Both the position numbers and the translations under genes were made by a program. Below the pieces are notes generated by a model that saw nothing but the letters and a program-made list of their open reading frames with translations, was not told the origin of the DNA and did no database searches. A stretch of DNA of 64,000 bases, from the NCBI GenBank assembly GCA_951406725.2, contig OX597840.1, forward strand, positions 26,784,001 to 26,848,000. Direction: 5' to 3'. This stretch comes from Octopus vulgaris. Its lineage: Eukaryota. Shown here in pieces: positions 52,277 to 64,000 of the stretch (its first letter is position 1; each line of letters starts with the position of its first letter).

Positions 52277-53053
52277 TTATTATTATTATTATTATTATTA
52301 TTATCATTATTATTATCAGCCCTCTAACGTTTCCTCCCTGTGAACTAGGCAAGGTAACGATTTCGAAAGAGATGATGTCGGAACTTTGGTAAACAAGTTA
52401 TTTTCTGTCAAACATGACTGTCCGGAAACTTTTTGATACCAACTCTTACGCTATGGAAACCGAGTTAAGCTCCGGTCCTTGTGAGTTCTAGAGCTGATGA
52501 ACGGATCTAAGACAGCGTACGGTGTGTTCTGTTCTAAGACGTAGGTGGCAGCAGGGGTGTTAGTGACAAATTAGTTTTGGGGAGGGGAAGAGAAAAAAGG
52601 CGGATGGATGCGAATGGGAGATGTGTATGTATGTGAGAGAGAGTCTGTGTGTGAGTGTGTGAGGGTGTGTAACGAGCTGCTGTTTGGAAGAGAGAACAAA
52701 ACCTTCTTACAAGACACGGTTCATTTAACGTCTACCGGTGTTCAATGAGGCTGATAATGGTAACATGTTCAGCAGGTGGAACCGACCAGGCTGGTGTTGG
52801 TGACAAAATAGGATAAGATAGGGTAGAGACAGACAGATGGATAAATAGATAGATAGATAGATAGATAGATATAATACATATATAAAGAGAGAGAGAGATA
52901 GATAGAGAGAGAAAGAGACAGAGACATAAATAAATAGATATATACATACATAGACAGACAGACAGACAGACGGCTGGCCGGACGGACAGACAGACAGGCA
53001 GACAGACGGATAGGCAGACGGACAGTCGGACGGACCGACAGGCAGACAGACAA

Positions 53054-53102
<49 letters not shown>

Positions 53103-53107
53103 CAGTC

Positions 53108-53174
<67 letters not shown>

Positions 53175-53179
53175 CAGTC

Positions 53180-53230
<51 letters not shown>

Positions 53231-53235
53231 CACAA

Positions 53236-53295
<60 letters not shown>

Positions 53296-53869
53296 TCATT
53301 TACTGTCGTTGTTGTTGGTGGTGGTGGTGGTGGTGATGGTGGTGGTGGAGGCTGTTGCGGTTGTACAATGGCAATGGTAACGCTTCTCTGGTGATAGAAT
53401 CGCTTCTCCCCCCCACCACCATCTCTGCTTTTCTTGTTGTCTTTTTCTTTTTGCCGTCGTCATCGCTGATATAATTATTATTATTATTATTGTTGTTGTT
53501 GTTGTTGTTTTTGCTGTTGTGCAAACTATTCACAATTTTTATGGAAAAAAAAGCATCGACGAATCTGTCAGCAAAAAACGCCATTTTTCCTTTCTTTTCT
53601 TTTCTTTTCTTTTCCTTTCTTTTCTTTTCTTTTTTCTTTTCTTTTCTTTTTCTTTTCTTTTCTTTTTCCTTTTCTTTTCTTTTCTTTCCTTTTCTTTTCT
53701 TTTCTTTTCTTTTCTTTTCTTTCCTTTTCTTTTCTTTTCTTTTCTTTTTTCTTTCTTGATGAAGTAAGAAAAAATCTTGTTTCATTAAAAATCATAAACT
53801 TAAGTCATAAAAACATATCGAAGAAGGGGGTGGGGGGGGTGAGGTGGGGGGGTTGGTTAGAGACAACGA

Positions 53870-54036
53870 CTACCACCACTACCACCACCACTACCACCAC
53901 CACTACCACCACCACTACTACTTTATAATTACTACTACTACAACTACTGCTACTACTATTACTACTACCACTACTACTACTGCTACTACTACTATTACTA
54001 CTACCACTATTACTACTGCTACTACTATTACTACTG

Positions 54037-54079
<43 letters not shown>

Positions 54080-54995
54080 AGCTGCTGCTGCTGCTGCTGC
54101 TACTACTACAGTTACCACCACCGTTGCCATCACTACTACTATCTCGGCTACTACCACTACCATCACTACTGCAACTACTACAACGACCATTTCTACTACT
54201 TAAACAACAACACCTATTACTACTACTACTACAACACACCACCACCACCACCACCACCACCACCACCACCACCACTACCACTACCACCACCACCGCGAAC
54301 ACCACCACCACCACCACCACTACCACCACCACCACCACCACTACCACCACCACCGCGAACACCACCACCACCACCACCACCACTACCACCACCACTACCA
54401 CTACCACACCACCACCACCACCACCACCACCACCACCACCACCACCACCACCACCACTACCACCACCACCACCACCACCACCACCACCATCACCGCCACC
54501 ACCACTACCACCACCACCACCACCACCACCACTACCACCACCACCACCACCACCACCCACTACCACCACCACCGCGAACACCACCACCACCACCACCACC
54601 ACCACCACCACCACCACTACCACCACCACCACCACCACCACTACCACTACCACCACCACCGCGAACACCACCACCACCACCACCACCACCACCACCACCA
54701 CCACCACCACCACCACCACCACCACCACCATCACCACCACCACCACCACTACCACTACCACCACCACCGCGAACACCACCACCACCACCACTACCACCAC
54801 CACCGCGAACACCACCACCACCACCACCACCATCACCATCACCACCACCACCACCACCACCACCACCACCACTACCACTACCACCACCACCGCGAACACC
54901 ACCACCACCACCACCACCACCACCACCACCACCACCACACCACCACCACCACCAACACCACCACCACTACCACTACCACCACCACCACGACCACT
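53870..54995. repeat. (CTA)n/(CCA)n array with recurrent GCGAAC variant units
   Basis: Direct inspection. Confidence 0.95.
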
Positions 54996-55277
54996 AATAC
55001 TACTAATCATGAAAGGAATTGTATTTTTTTTTTTGTTTCGAAAAATGTATTTTTATAAATTTTGTATAATACGGAATACAGTTCTTACTGGTTATGTATG
55101 TTTAGGGACTTGTTTTCTTTTCCTGGCCCCCTGGAAAAGAGAAGGGCGTAGAGAAAAATCAATAGAGATACTAATAGAGGGGGAGCAAGAGGTGTGTGTG
55201 TGTCTGTGTGTGATTTACTTCCTTTTTTTCTAGTGTTTTCTTCTCTTGTTTGACTGCTCCAGGGGTCAGCTTTTTGA

Positions 55278-55390
55278 ACCGGAAGTCAAACCATGCATGT
55301 CCGGAAGTGAAAAAAAAAACAGGTAAGATATTTGTCGGAAGAAAAGGAAAGGAAAACAAACTATAGACGAAAGAATTGTTGCAGGTGAGG
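55278..55390 (+). promoter_or_regulatory. Tandem ETS motifs followed by two consensus-like splice donors (candidate promoter/first exon)
   Basis: ACCGGAAGT 55278-86, CCGGAAGTG 55301-09, CAG|GTAAGA at 55320-28 and CAG|GTGAGG at 55382-90. Confidence 0.45.
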
Positions 55391-55411
55391 TGTATATACA
55401 CACACACGTGA

Positions 55412-55608
<197 letters not shown>

Positions 55609-55754
55609 TTGTAAGTGTGTGTATGATAGAGAAATAGGGAGGTGTGGCTGAAAGGAATGTTGGATGAAATAAAGGAGGGGAAAATAAGGTTGACAGGAAA
55701 GAAAAAAGAAAGAAAGAAAGAAAGAAAGGAGGAATTAATGATAGAAAGGCCTAA

Positions 55755-55940
55755 AATGACGTGGGAGGGGATGAGTCGATGTAATCGACCACAGTGCGTA
55801 ACTGGTACTTAATTTATAGACCCCCGAAAGGATGAAAGGCAAAGTTGATCTCGGTGGAATTTGAACTCGGAACGTAAAGACAGACGAAATACCGCTAAGT
55901 ATTTCGCCCGGCGTGCTAACGATCCCGCCACCTCGCTGCC
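55755..55940 (-). mobile_element. SINE family C
   Basis: Head, B box and central domain. Confidence 0.88.
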
Positions 55941-55943
55941 TTC

Positions 55944-55992
<49 letters not shown>

Positions 55993-56445
55993 TGATGATG
56001 ATGATGATGATAGTTTCTTTTATTAGCCACAAGGGCCTAAAACGTGGAGGACAAGATCAAGGGACGAGGTACAACACAAAAACTGTTTGGGTTTACATCG
56101 ATCAGAAGACACTGCAATATTAAAGGATATATAAATACCTTAATGATTACTTACTTAATTAATTAATAGAATTCCCAAGAGCAGGGCAGTCCGCTGAGGT
56201 TAACTCGAAGTAAACCCAACGCAAAAGATCCGGATTATTCTGCTATCCCCAAGGCAAGAGAAATGCCATCATCTAGTTTTTTTCCTCCTATTCAGAAAAG
56301 CATGCTTAGAGTAAAGTCATTCAGTCTCACCTGTTTTTGCCACCAGTCCTTGAACAAATGGCTTTAAAACCGGCCCTGTCAACTTAGTGAACATACAAAC
56401 ACAGTAAATTTAACTAGTTTTCCATAGATTGAAAAAAATGGACGG

Positions 56446-56486
56446 CCTTAACCAATTTTCGGATCTTATTGAGGTCTCGTCAGAGG
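56446..56486 (-). ncRNA. Hammerhead ribozyme-like motif
   Basis: Minus strand CCT CTGACGA GACC-TCAATAA-GATCC GAAA ATTGGT TA AGG. A second half-core GAAA ACTAGT TA lies at 56411-22. Confidence 0.55.
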
Positions 56487-56599
56487 TTTCTATATCACTT
56501 GATCAATCTCAAGTAGCCAATTTGCTTATATACTCAAAATATCCCAGCAGCTTCATATATATATGCGTGTGTGTGCGTGTGTGTGTGTGTGTGTCTGTG

Positions 56600-56822
56600 T
56601 GTGTGCGTGTGTATGTATCTGTGCCTGTGTGTGTGCGTGTGTGTCTGTGTTTGTTCCCCCAACATCGCTTGACAACCGATGTAGGTGTGTTTACGTCCCC
56701 GTAATTTAGCGCGTCGGCAAAAGAGACCGAGAGAATAAGTACTAGGCTTACAAAGAAAAAGTCCTGGGACCGATTTGCTCGACTAAAGGCGGTGCTCCAG
56801 CATGACCGCAATCAAATGACTG
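56600..56822 (+). mobile_element. SINE family A, 3' half
   Basis: Body and tail match. Confidence 0.87.
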
Positions 56823-56906
56823 CGTGTGCATATGCATATTAACATATGTATGTATGTGTGTATTAGTATAACATGTATTAGTATAACGCTCAGGAATAGA
56901 AAAAGT

Positions 56907-56942
56907 CTTTTACGTTTCGAGCCTACGCTCTTCTACAGAAAG
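56907..56942 (-). ncRNA. Minimal hammerhead ribozyme variant
   Basis: Minus strand CTTT CTGTAGA A GAGC-GTAG-GCTC GAAA CG TA AAAG. Confidence 0.65.
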
Positions 56943-56962
56943 TACCACAGAAAACAAGGAGA

Positions 56963-57053
<91 letters not shown>

Positions 57054-57250
57054 TGTATGTATGTATATATATATCGCCATGATTGACCGCTATTCCTTCT
57101 AGATTGCCAGGTATCCTATGATAGATACCTCTTATGTGTTTAAATGTACACTGTATTTATATGAATAATATATAGACTATTGACTAATTTTTCTACACGC
57201 TAGGCCACTACTAGTAAAAATTTCTAAAATTTTTTATTAACCTGATATTA

Positions 57251-57291
<41 letters not shown>

Positions 57292-57295
<4 letters not shown>

Positions 57296-57470
57296 GGTCC
57301 TGGGTTGAGTCGGGGTTAACCACAGTAAATAAGGTACTCAATACATAGCAGAGTAAATTAATTTATTTTATAGAAGGAGCTTCTACAGGACTAGAACTGT
57401 TTCATTCAAAAGAAATCCTGAAGATTTCTTTTGAATGAAACAGTTCTAGTCCTGTAGAAGCTCCTTCTAT

Positions 57471-57476
<6 letters not shown>
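57292..57476 (-). mobile_element. (TA)n-flanked fold-back element with a hammerhead core at the hairpin apex
   Basis: Perfect 54-bp inverted repeat 57364-57417/57423-57476 with loop CTGAA. Same family as 1-105. Confidence 0.8.
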
Positions 57477-57558
<82 letters not shown>

Positions 57559-57605
57559 CAGACTGGGAACTTTTCAAAATTTTCCGGTTATATATACATA
57601 TACAT

Positions 57606-57659
<54 letters not shown>

Positions 57660-58048
57660 AACGGTGAAACAACACACATCTAAATACCTAAATTCACGCG
57701 TGAACGCGGATGCACGTGCATACACCTAAAACACGCACATATTCAAGCAAGCTACACACACACACACACACACACACACCTCAAAAAACATACACATACA
57801 GAGTGATGCATGCACACACACACATCTGTTAGCAAAGTATTGAAAATGGAGTAGAAAAGTAGACGCCAATGTTATTGAGGTGGTGATGGCGGTGGCGGTG
57901 GTAGTGGTGGTGGTGGTGGTGGGGGTGATGGTGGTGGGGGTGATGATTAGAAATGATTTACCTGCGAGGTATACACAGCCACCCAGCCACAACCACACAG
58001 ACACCCTTCAACACTTACATGTATGAAGAAAAACATTATGTATGTATG

Positions 58049-58112
<64 letters not shown>

Positions 58113-58230
58113 AATATATACATATATATATATAGATATGCATGCGTGTGTGTGTGCATGTATGCATGTATGTATGTAATTGTGTATATACATAACCGTT
58201 AAAGCTCTCGGTATGTAGGTATTAGATATG

Positions 58231-58263
<33 letters not shown>

Positions 58264-58471
58264 AAATGTATATATATATATGTGTGTGTATATATGTATG
58301 TGTGTATATGTATATAGTTGTGTGTGTGTATATATTTACAAACATACATATATACACAGATATATATACAAAGGCATTTACACTCATACATATATATATG
58401 CATATGCATATTCACATGCACACATACATACATACATACAAACATGCATGCATGCATACATACATACATAG

Positions 58472-58502
<31 letters not shown>

Positions 58503-58899
58503 CATACATACATACGTACATACGTACATACATTACATACATACGTACATACATTACATACATACATACATACATACATACAAACATGCACACATACATA
58601 CATACATACATACATACATACATACATACATACATACATACATACATACTCACACACATTTTGACTTGTCTCCAGGGAAGAAAAAACACAGATTTCTTGT
58701 GTACGAAGTTGTTTTTGTCCCTGAGTCGTCTGCAAAAAAAAAAAAAAAAAACACAGGAAAGAGAGAGACAGAGAGAGAGAGAGGAGAAAAACAATGGATA
58801 AGAAGGAGAGATGGAGAAGGAGAGAGATTAAATCATTACAGACGACAAACCGTTAAAAAAACTAAGACCTTAACATGTTTAGAAAGAAAGGGTTTTTAG

Positions 58900-58985
58900 A
58901 CCGGAAGTAACACAGATACATCTTTCTCTGCCAGAAGTCGTCCTCCGATCATTTACCGCCAACGCTTTCATTAAAACATGGCGGC
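58900..58985 (+). promoter_or_regulatory. ETS plus YY1 motifs (candidate promoter)
   Basis: ACCGGAAGT 58900-08 and AACATGGCGGC 58975-85, about 70 bp apart, in unique sequence. Confidence 0.5.
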
Positions 58986-59128
58986 GGATTGAATTTTTTC
59001 ATAACGTAATATTATTTTTTGAATTCTTCTCTTTCAGATGCTTCGCAATCGGTTTGATTTAATATTGTGTTCTTTACTTCAGAGTCAATTGCAGTTTTGT
59101 AGAATCCATGTTGTGTTCGTTTTTGTTC

Positions 59129-59662
59129 TACTTTCTACTTGTTTCTGTCATTTTGACTACGGCCAGGCTGGGGCACCGCCTTGAAATTTTGTTCGAATAT
59201 ATCGACCCCAGAACTTTGTTGTTTTTTTTCAAGCCTGGTACTTACACTACTGGTGTCTTCTGCCGAACCGCTAAGTTACACACCTGCACCAGTTGTCAAG
59301 CGTTGCGGGGGAAGATAAACACAGACACAAAAACACGTAGTACCTTGTGAGTGGATTTGGTAGACGGAAACTGAAAGAAGCCCGTCGTATATAAGTATAT
59401 GTATATAAGTATATGTATATGTATATATGTGTGTGTGCGTGTTTGTGTGTCTGTTATTGCCCCCCCCCACCACCACCACCACAACGTCGCTTGACAACCG
59501 ATACTGGTGTGTTCCGTAACTTAGCGGTTCGGCAAAAAGAGACCGATAGAATAAGTACTAGGCTTACAAAGAATAAGTTCTGTGGTCGATTGCTCGACTA
59601 AAGGTGGTGCTCCAGCATGGCCGCAGTCAAATGACTGAAACCAGTAAAAGAGTAAAAGAGTA
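59129..59662. mobile_element. Two headless SINE family A copies in inverted orientation
   Basis: An older minus copy at 59129-59338 abuts a plus copy at 59343-59662. Confidence 0.85.
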
Positions 59663-59689
59663 ACTAAGAAAAAATATAACTTTGACATT

Positions 59690-60049
59690 ATTAAAGCCTT
59701 CGTTACCATATTTCTGTTGGAATACACAGCTTTCGTTTCGATTTATTTCGAAAATACTGAAGAATTTACTAAAGTAACTTTACCATTATTAAACTGGTGT
59801 TTGGAACACGAATTTTTGGAAAGACTTTATTTGCATCATTTTCACCCTTTTGTTACCATATTTCTTGCAATTAATTTTTAAAATTATGAGGAATTTAGTA
59901 AAATCACTTTGTCATTATCATGTTAGAATTTGGAAAATAAATTAAATAAAAGAAATTTTAATGGAAGATTTTAATTTAAATCACTTTAAATCATGAAGTT
60001 TGCATCACAGAACTGAAGGCCACGGGTGGGTTGTTATCAAAAGGGTTTA
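59690..60049. mobile_element. piggyBac-like MITE relics (two partial tandem units)
   Basis: Unit starts TTAAAGCCTTCGTTACCATATTTC (59690) and TTCACCCTTTTGTTACCATATTTC (59841). The end GTTATCAAAAGGGTTTA is complementary to the unit start (TTAA-CCC..GGG-TTAA pattern). Confidence 0.5.
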
Positions 60050-60099
60050 TGTAATTGTTAAATATTTTTAAGCAAAAGTTTTTAAACTTCACTGCCTGG

Positions 60100-60792
60100 G
60101 GTTTCGCTGTTTTTCAATTTTTTGTACGGTTTCAATAACTCTTTTTTTTTTAGCCATTTTTGAAACCCCGAATTGTCTTGTGTACATATTTTGAACATTT
60201 TCGCCCGTTGCGAACCCTCGGCTCTTTGGACACAACTCCTCTTTTTTTACATTCTTCTGCTGTTGGCACCGCATTGATTTAGATTTTGCCTTCTTTATCT
60301 TTGGTCATCGATAAAATCGTTTTGTGGGGCGGAGGAACAAACCGTTTATTTAGTTCAAAGAATCCTCATCTCTTTTCATCATGATGGATTCTTCGCGATT
60401 TTGCGAGGATCTCCGATTTTACGTTTTCATCGATTTCAGGTATTCCTTTGAGTGAGTGTGTGTGTTTGTGTGTATGTGTGTCTGTGTGTGTGTGTGTGTG
60501 TGTTTGTGTGTGTGTGTATGTGTATGTGTGCGTGTGTGTGTATGTGTGTGTGTGTACGTGCGTGTATGTGTGTGTGTGTGTGTGTGCGTGTGTATATGTG
60601 TGCGTGTATGCGTATGTGTGTGTGTATGTGTATGTGTGTGTATGTGTGTGTGTGTGCGTGTGTATGTTTGTTTGTGTGCGTGTGTATGTGTGTGTGTGTT
60701 TGTGCTTGTATGTGTGTGTATGTGTGTGTGTATGTGTGTGTATGTGCGTGTGTATGTGTGTATGTGTGTGTGTGTTTGTGTGTGTACGTGTA

Positions 60793-60837
<45 letters not shown>

Positions 60838-61340
60838 TCGTGCTGTATTTCTATAATATTTATTTCTTTTTCTTCCCTTTCCTTTTTGCTTTTGTGTCTT
60901 TTTGTCTTCTTTATCTTTTCCTTATTGATTTCATTAAGGATTAAGAGATCATTTATTTAATTTTATCCCTTTTTCTTATATATATTTCTTTTCCACGTTG
61001 TCTTCTCGACTTCAGATATTCTCATACTTTCGAGAGAGTTCCTGGCTTTCCTTTGTAATTACTGTGGCTATTTTATGGATTATTTCGTTTATCCTGGTTA
61101 TATTGATGTTCATATCGGTTTTCATCTTTTTTATTGTCCTTATTATTTCATCGTTGTGTTTTGTCTTTAGAAGATTCTTCCGTTGATCCATCAGGAGTTA
61201 TTCCATCGATTGTAATTCTTTAACTATTTCTTCTTTGAAATTATTATCATAATTCCAGAATACCCATATTTAGACTTTTGTATTCTTAATTCTTCGCCAT
61301 AAACCTTCTTGTTCATGTTTTCGTTTGTATAGTTATTCTT
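60100..61340 (-). mobile_element. Decayed Dong/R4-clade LINE ORF fragment (region N-terminal to RT), split by (TG)n
   Basis: Minus strand NINITRINEIIHKIATVIT ... EILAKSRRIHHDEKR*GFFELNKRF..I*INAVPTAEEC. This resembles my recollection of the R4/Dong pattern N.LIYAAA.VIT ... KAQRIRRYEKR..FFRQNK.F..PPTAEE. Several stops. Confidence 0.6.
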
Positions 61341-61342
61341 GG

Positions 61343-61729
61343 AGTGGAGGCGCAATGGCCCAGTGGTTAGGGCAGCGGACTCGCGGTCGTGGGATCGCAG
61401 TTTCGATTCCCAGACCGGGCGTTGTGAGTGTTTATTGAGCGAAAACACCTAAAGCTCCACGAGGCTCCGGCAGGGGATGGTGGTGATCCCTGCTGTACTC
61501 TTTCACCACAACTTTCTCTCACTCTTACTTCCTGTTTCTCTTGTACCTGTATTTCAAAGGGCCGGCCTTGTCACTCTGAATATCCCCCAAGAACTACGGT
61601 AAGGGTACACGTGTCTGTGGAGTGCTCAGCCACTTACACGTTGATTTCACGAGCAGGCTGTTCCGTTGATCGGATCAACCGGAACCCTCGTCGTCGTAAC
61701 CGACGGAGTGCTTCCTTTGTTTTTTTACC
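61343..61729 (+). mobile_element. SINE family B, full length
   Basis: Matches 19421-19808. TSD TATTCTTGG at 61334-42 and 61730-38. Confidence 0.93.
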
Positions 61730-61743
61730 TATTCTTGGCTTTT

Positions 61744-62679
61744 TGAGGGGAGAGGACGAGTTCCACTGCTCAAATGGGACTTATTTTGGACCCCGAAAAA
61801 ATGAAAGGTAAAGTTGACCCCAGTGGGATTTGAACTCAGATCGTAAAAAATCGGAAGAAATACTGCTAAGCATCTTAATGTGGGAAGGTCATCATGTCAA
61901 TTATTCTATATTTTCAAGGCAGCAAACTTGCAGAATAATCAAGAGCTCTGACAAGATGCTTAGCAGTATTTCTTCCGAGATTTTACGATCTGAGTTCAAA
62001 TCCCACCGAGATCGTCTTTACCCTTCATTTTTTTCGGGGTCGGTAAAATAAGTCCCACTTGAGCAGTGGGACTCGTCCTCTCCTCTCAAACATACTGGCC
62101 TGAAACCCTGCAACTGGCTAGTATCCCATTAAGTGGGGAAGGTCATCATGTCAATCATTTATACGCCGTGCAAACTGGACAACCGGTCCTATGAGTCCTG
62201 AAGCATGGTTTAGAAGCTCGATTTGCAACCAACTGGTTAAAGGTTCAATCCCACTGTGATGCACTTCAGCACAAGATGCTTAGCAGTATTTCTTCCGATT
62301 TTTTTACGATCTGAGTTCAAATCCCACTGGGGTCAACTTTACCTTTCATTTTTTCGGGGTCTAAAATAAGTCCCATTTGAGCAGTGGAACTCGTCCCCTC
62401 CCCTCAAACATACTGGCCTGGAACCCTGTAACGGGCTAGTATCCCATTAAGTGGGGAAGGTCATCATGTCAATTATTTATACGCCATGCAAACCGGCCCT
62501 ATGAATTCTGAGGCATGGTTTAGAAGCTCGATATGCAACCAACTGGTTAAAGGTTCAGTCCCACCGTGACGCACTCCAGCAATCGTCTACAACTATAGCC
62601 CCTGGCTGCTTAAAGATTTCTGAGGGAATTTCGGAGGTAGAAACTGTGTGGAATCCCGTTGTGCTTATATGCGTATCTT

Positions 62680-62754
<75 letters not shown>

Positions 62755-62955
62755 GTGTCCTTATACGCGTGTCTTTGTGGCTATTTGCTGGTTTGTTTAT
62801 GTCTCCATGACTTAGCGATTCAGCAGAAGATATCGTTAAAATAAGTTACAGATTTTAAAAAATTAAGTACTGTGGTGGATTCGTTCTACTAAAAATACTT
62901 CGATGTGATGCCCCAGCATGGCCGCAGTCCAGTGACTGAAACAAGCAAAAGAAGA
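61744..62955. repeat. Locally duplicated and inverted mosaic of old SINE C, D and A fragments
   Basis: ~320-bp tandem unit 61951-62270/62271-62580, an inverted partial copy at 61744-61876, and an old family A copy running to 62955. Confidence 0.8.
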
Positions 62956-63004
62956 TTGAAATACTAGCATTCACCACATCATCACATCATCATCATCATC
63001 ATCA

Positions 63005-64000
63005 TTGATGTATGTATGTATGTATGTATGTATGTGTGTATGTATGTATGTATGTATGTATGTATATATGTATGTATGTATGAATGTATGTATGTATGTA
63101 TGTATGTATGTGTGTATGTATGTATGTATGTATGTATGTATGTGTGTATGTATGTATGTGTGTGTGTGTATGTATGTGTGTATGTATGTATGTATGTATG
63201 TATGTATGTATGTATGTATGTATGTGTGTGTGTATGTATGTGTGTATGTATGTATGTATGTGTGTGTGTATGTATGTGTGTATGTATGTATGTATGTATG
63301 TATGTATGTATGTGTGTGTGTATGTATGTGTGTGTGTATGTATGTATGTGTGTATGTATGTATGTATGTATGTATGTAAGCATGTATGTATGTGTGTATG
63401 TATGTATGTATGTATGTATGTATGTATGTGTGTGTGTATGTATGTGTGTGTGTATGTATGTATGTGTGTATGTATGTATGTATGTATGTATGTATGTATG
63501 TATGTGTGTGTGTATGTATGTGTGTATGTATGTATGTATGTATGTATGTATGTATGTATGTATGTGTGTGTGTATGTATGTGTGTATGTATGTATGTATG
63601 TATGTATGTATGTATGTATGTATGTGTGTGTGTATGTATGTGTGTGTGTATGTATGTATGTGTGTATGTATGTATGTATGTATGTATGTATGTATGTATG
63701 TGTGTATGTATGTATGTATGTATGTATGTATGTGTGTGTGTATGTATGTGTGTGTGTATGTATGTATGTGTGTATGTATGTATGTATGTATGTATGTATG
63801 TATGTATGTATGTGTGTGTGTATGTATGTGTGTGTGTATGTATGTATGTGTGTATGTATGTATGTATGTATGTATGTGCATGTATGTATGTATGTATGTA
63901 TGTATGTGTGTGTGTGTGTATGTATGTATGTAAGCATGTATGTATGTATGTATGTATGTATGTATGTATGTATGTATGCACGTATGTATGTGTGTGTGTA
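63005..64000. repeat. (TATG)n/(TG)n array
   Basis: Direct inspection. Confidence 0.97.

Noticed and set aside
52494-52540. CTGATGA motif
   Set aside because: No GAAA or stems follow; it lies at the end of a Meta-like SINE remnant.
53826-53856. G-rich run as a functional G-quadruplex
   Set aside because: Such G runs are common in this low-complexity background and nothing supports a function.
60089-60274. 61-aa ORF as a host gene
   Set aside because: It overlaps the decayed Dong/R4-like frame and is most likely an off-frame by-product.

Overview
Repeat-saturated, gene-poor eukaryotic DNA, most likely an octopus (coleoid cephalopod) intron or intergenic region. The taxon is inferred from my recognition of the SINE families and the extreme microsatellite load, not from a search. 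No intact host protein-coding gene is supportable: almost all ORF-track entries are translations of microsatellites. The window holds dozens of tRNA-derived SINE copies from four families and decayed LINE fragments (CR1-like, RTE-like, Dong/R4-like). It also holds a decayed Penelope-like element (PLE; RT plus GIY-YIG), a TAA-repeat-targeting element, Helentron-type HINE, mariner and piggyBac-like MITE relics, and a few unique islands with promoter-like motifs (ETS, YY1, CTCF). The strongest hidden signal is about a dozen type I hammerhead ribozyme cores or half-cores from several unrelated sequence families. Most sit in short elements embedded in (TA)n tracts. Two of them are fold-back palindromes whose turning point lies exactly at the ribozyme catalytic core.
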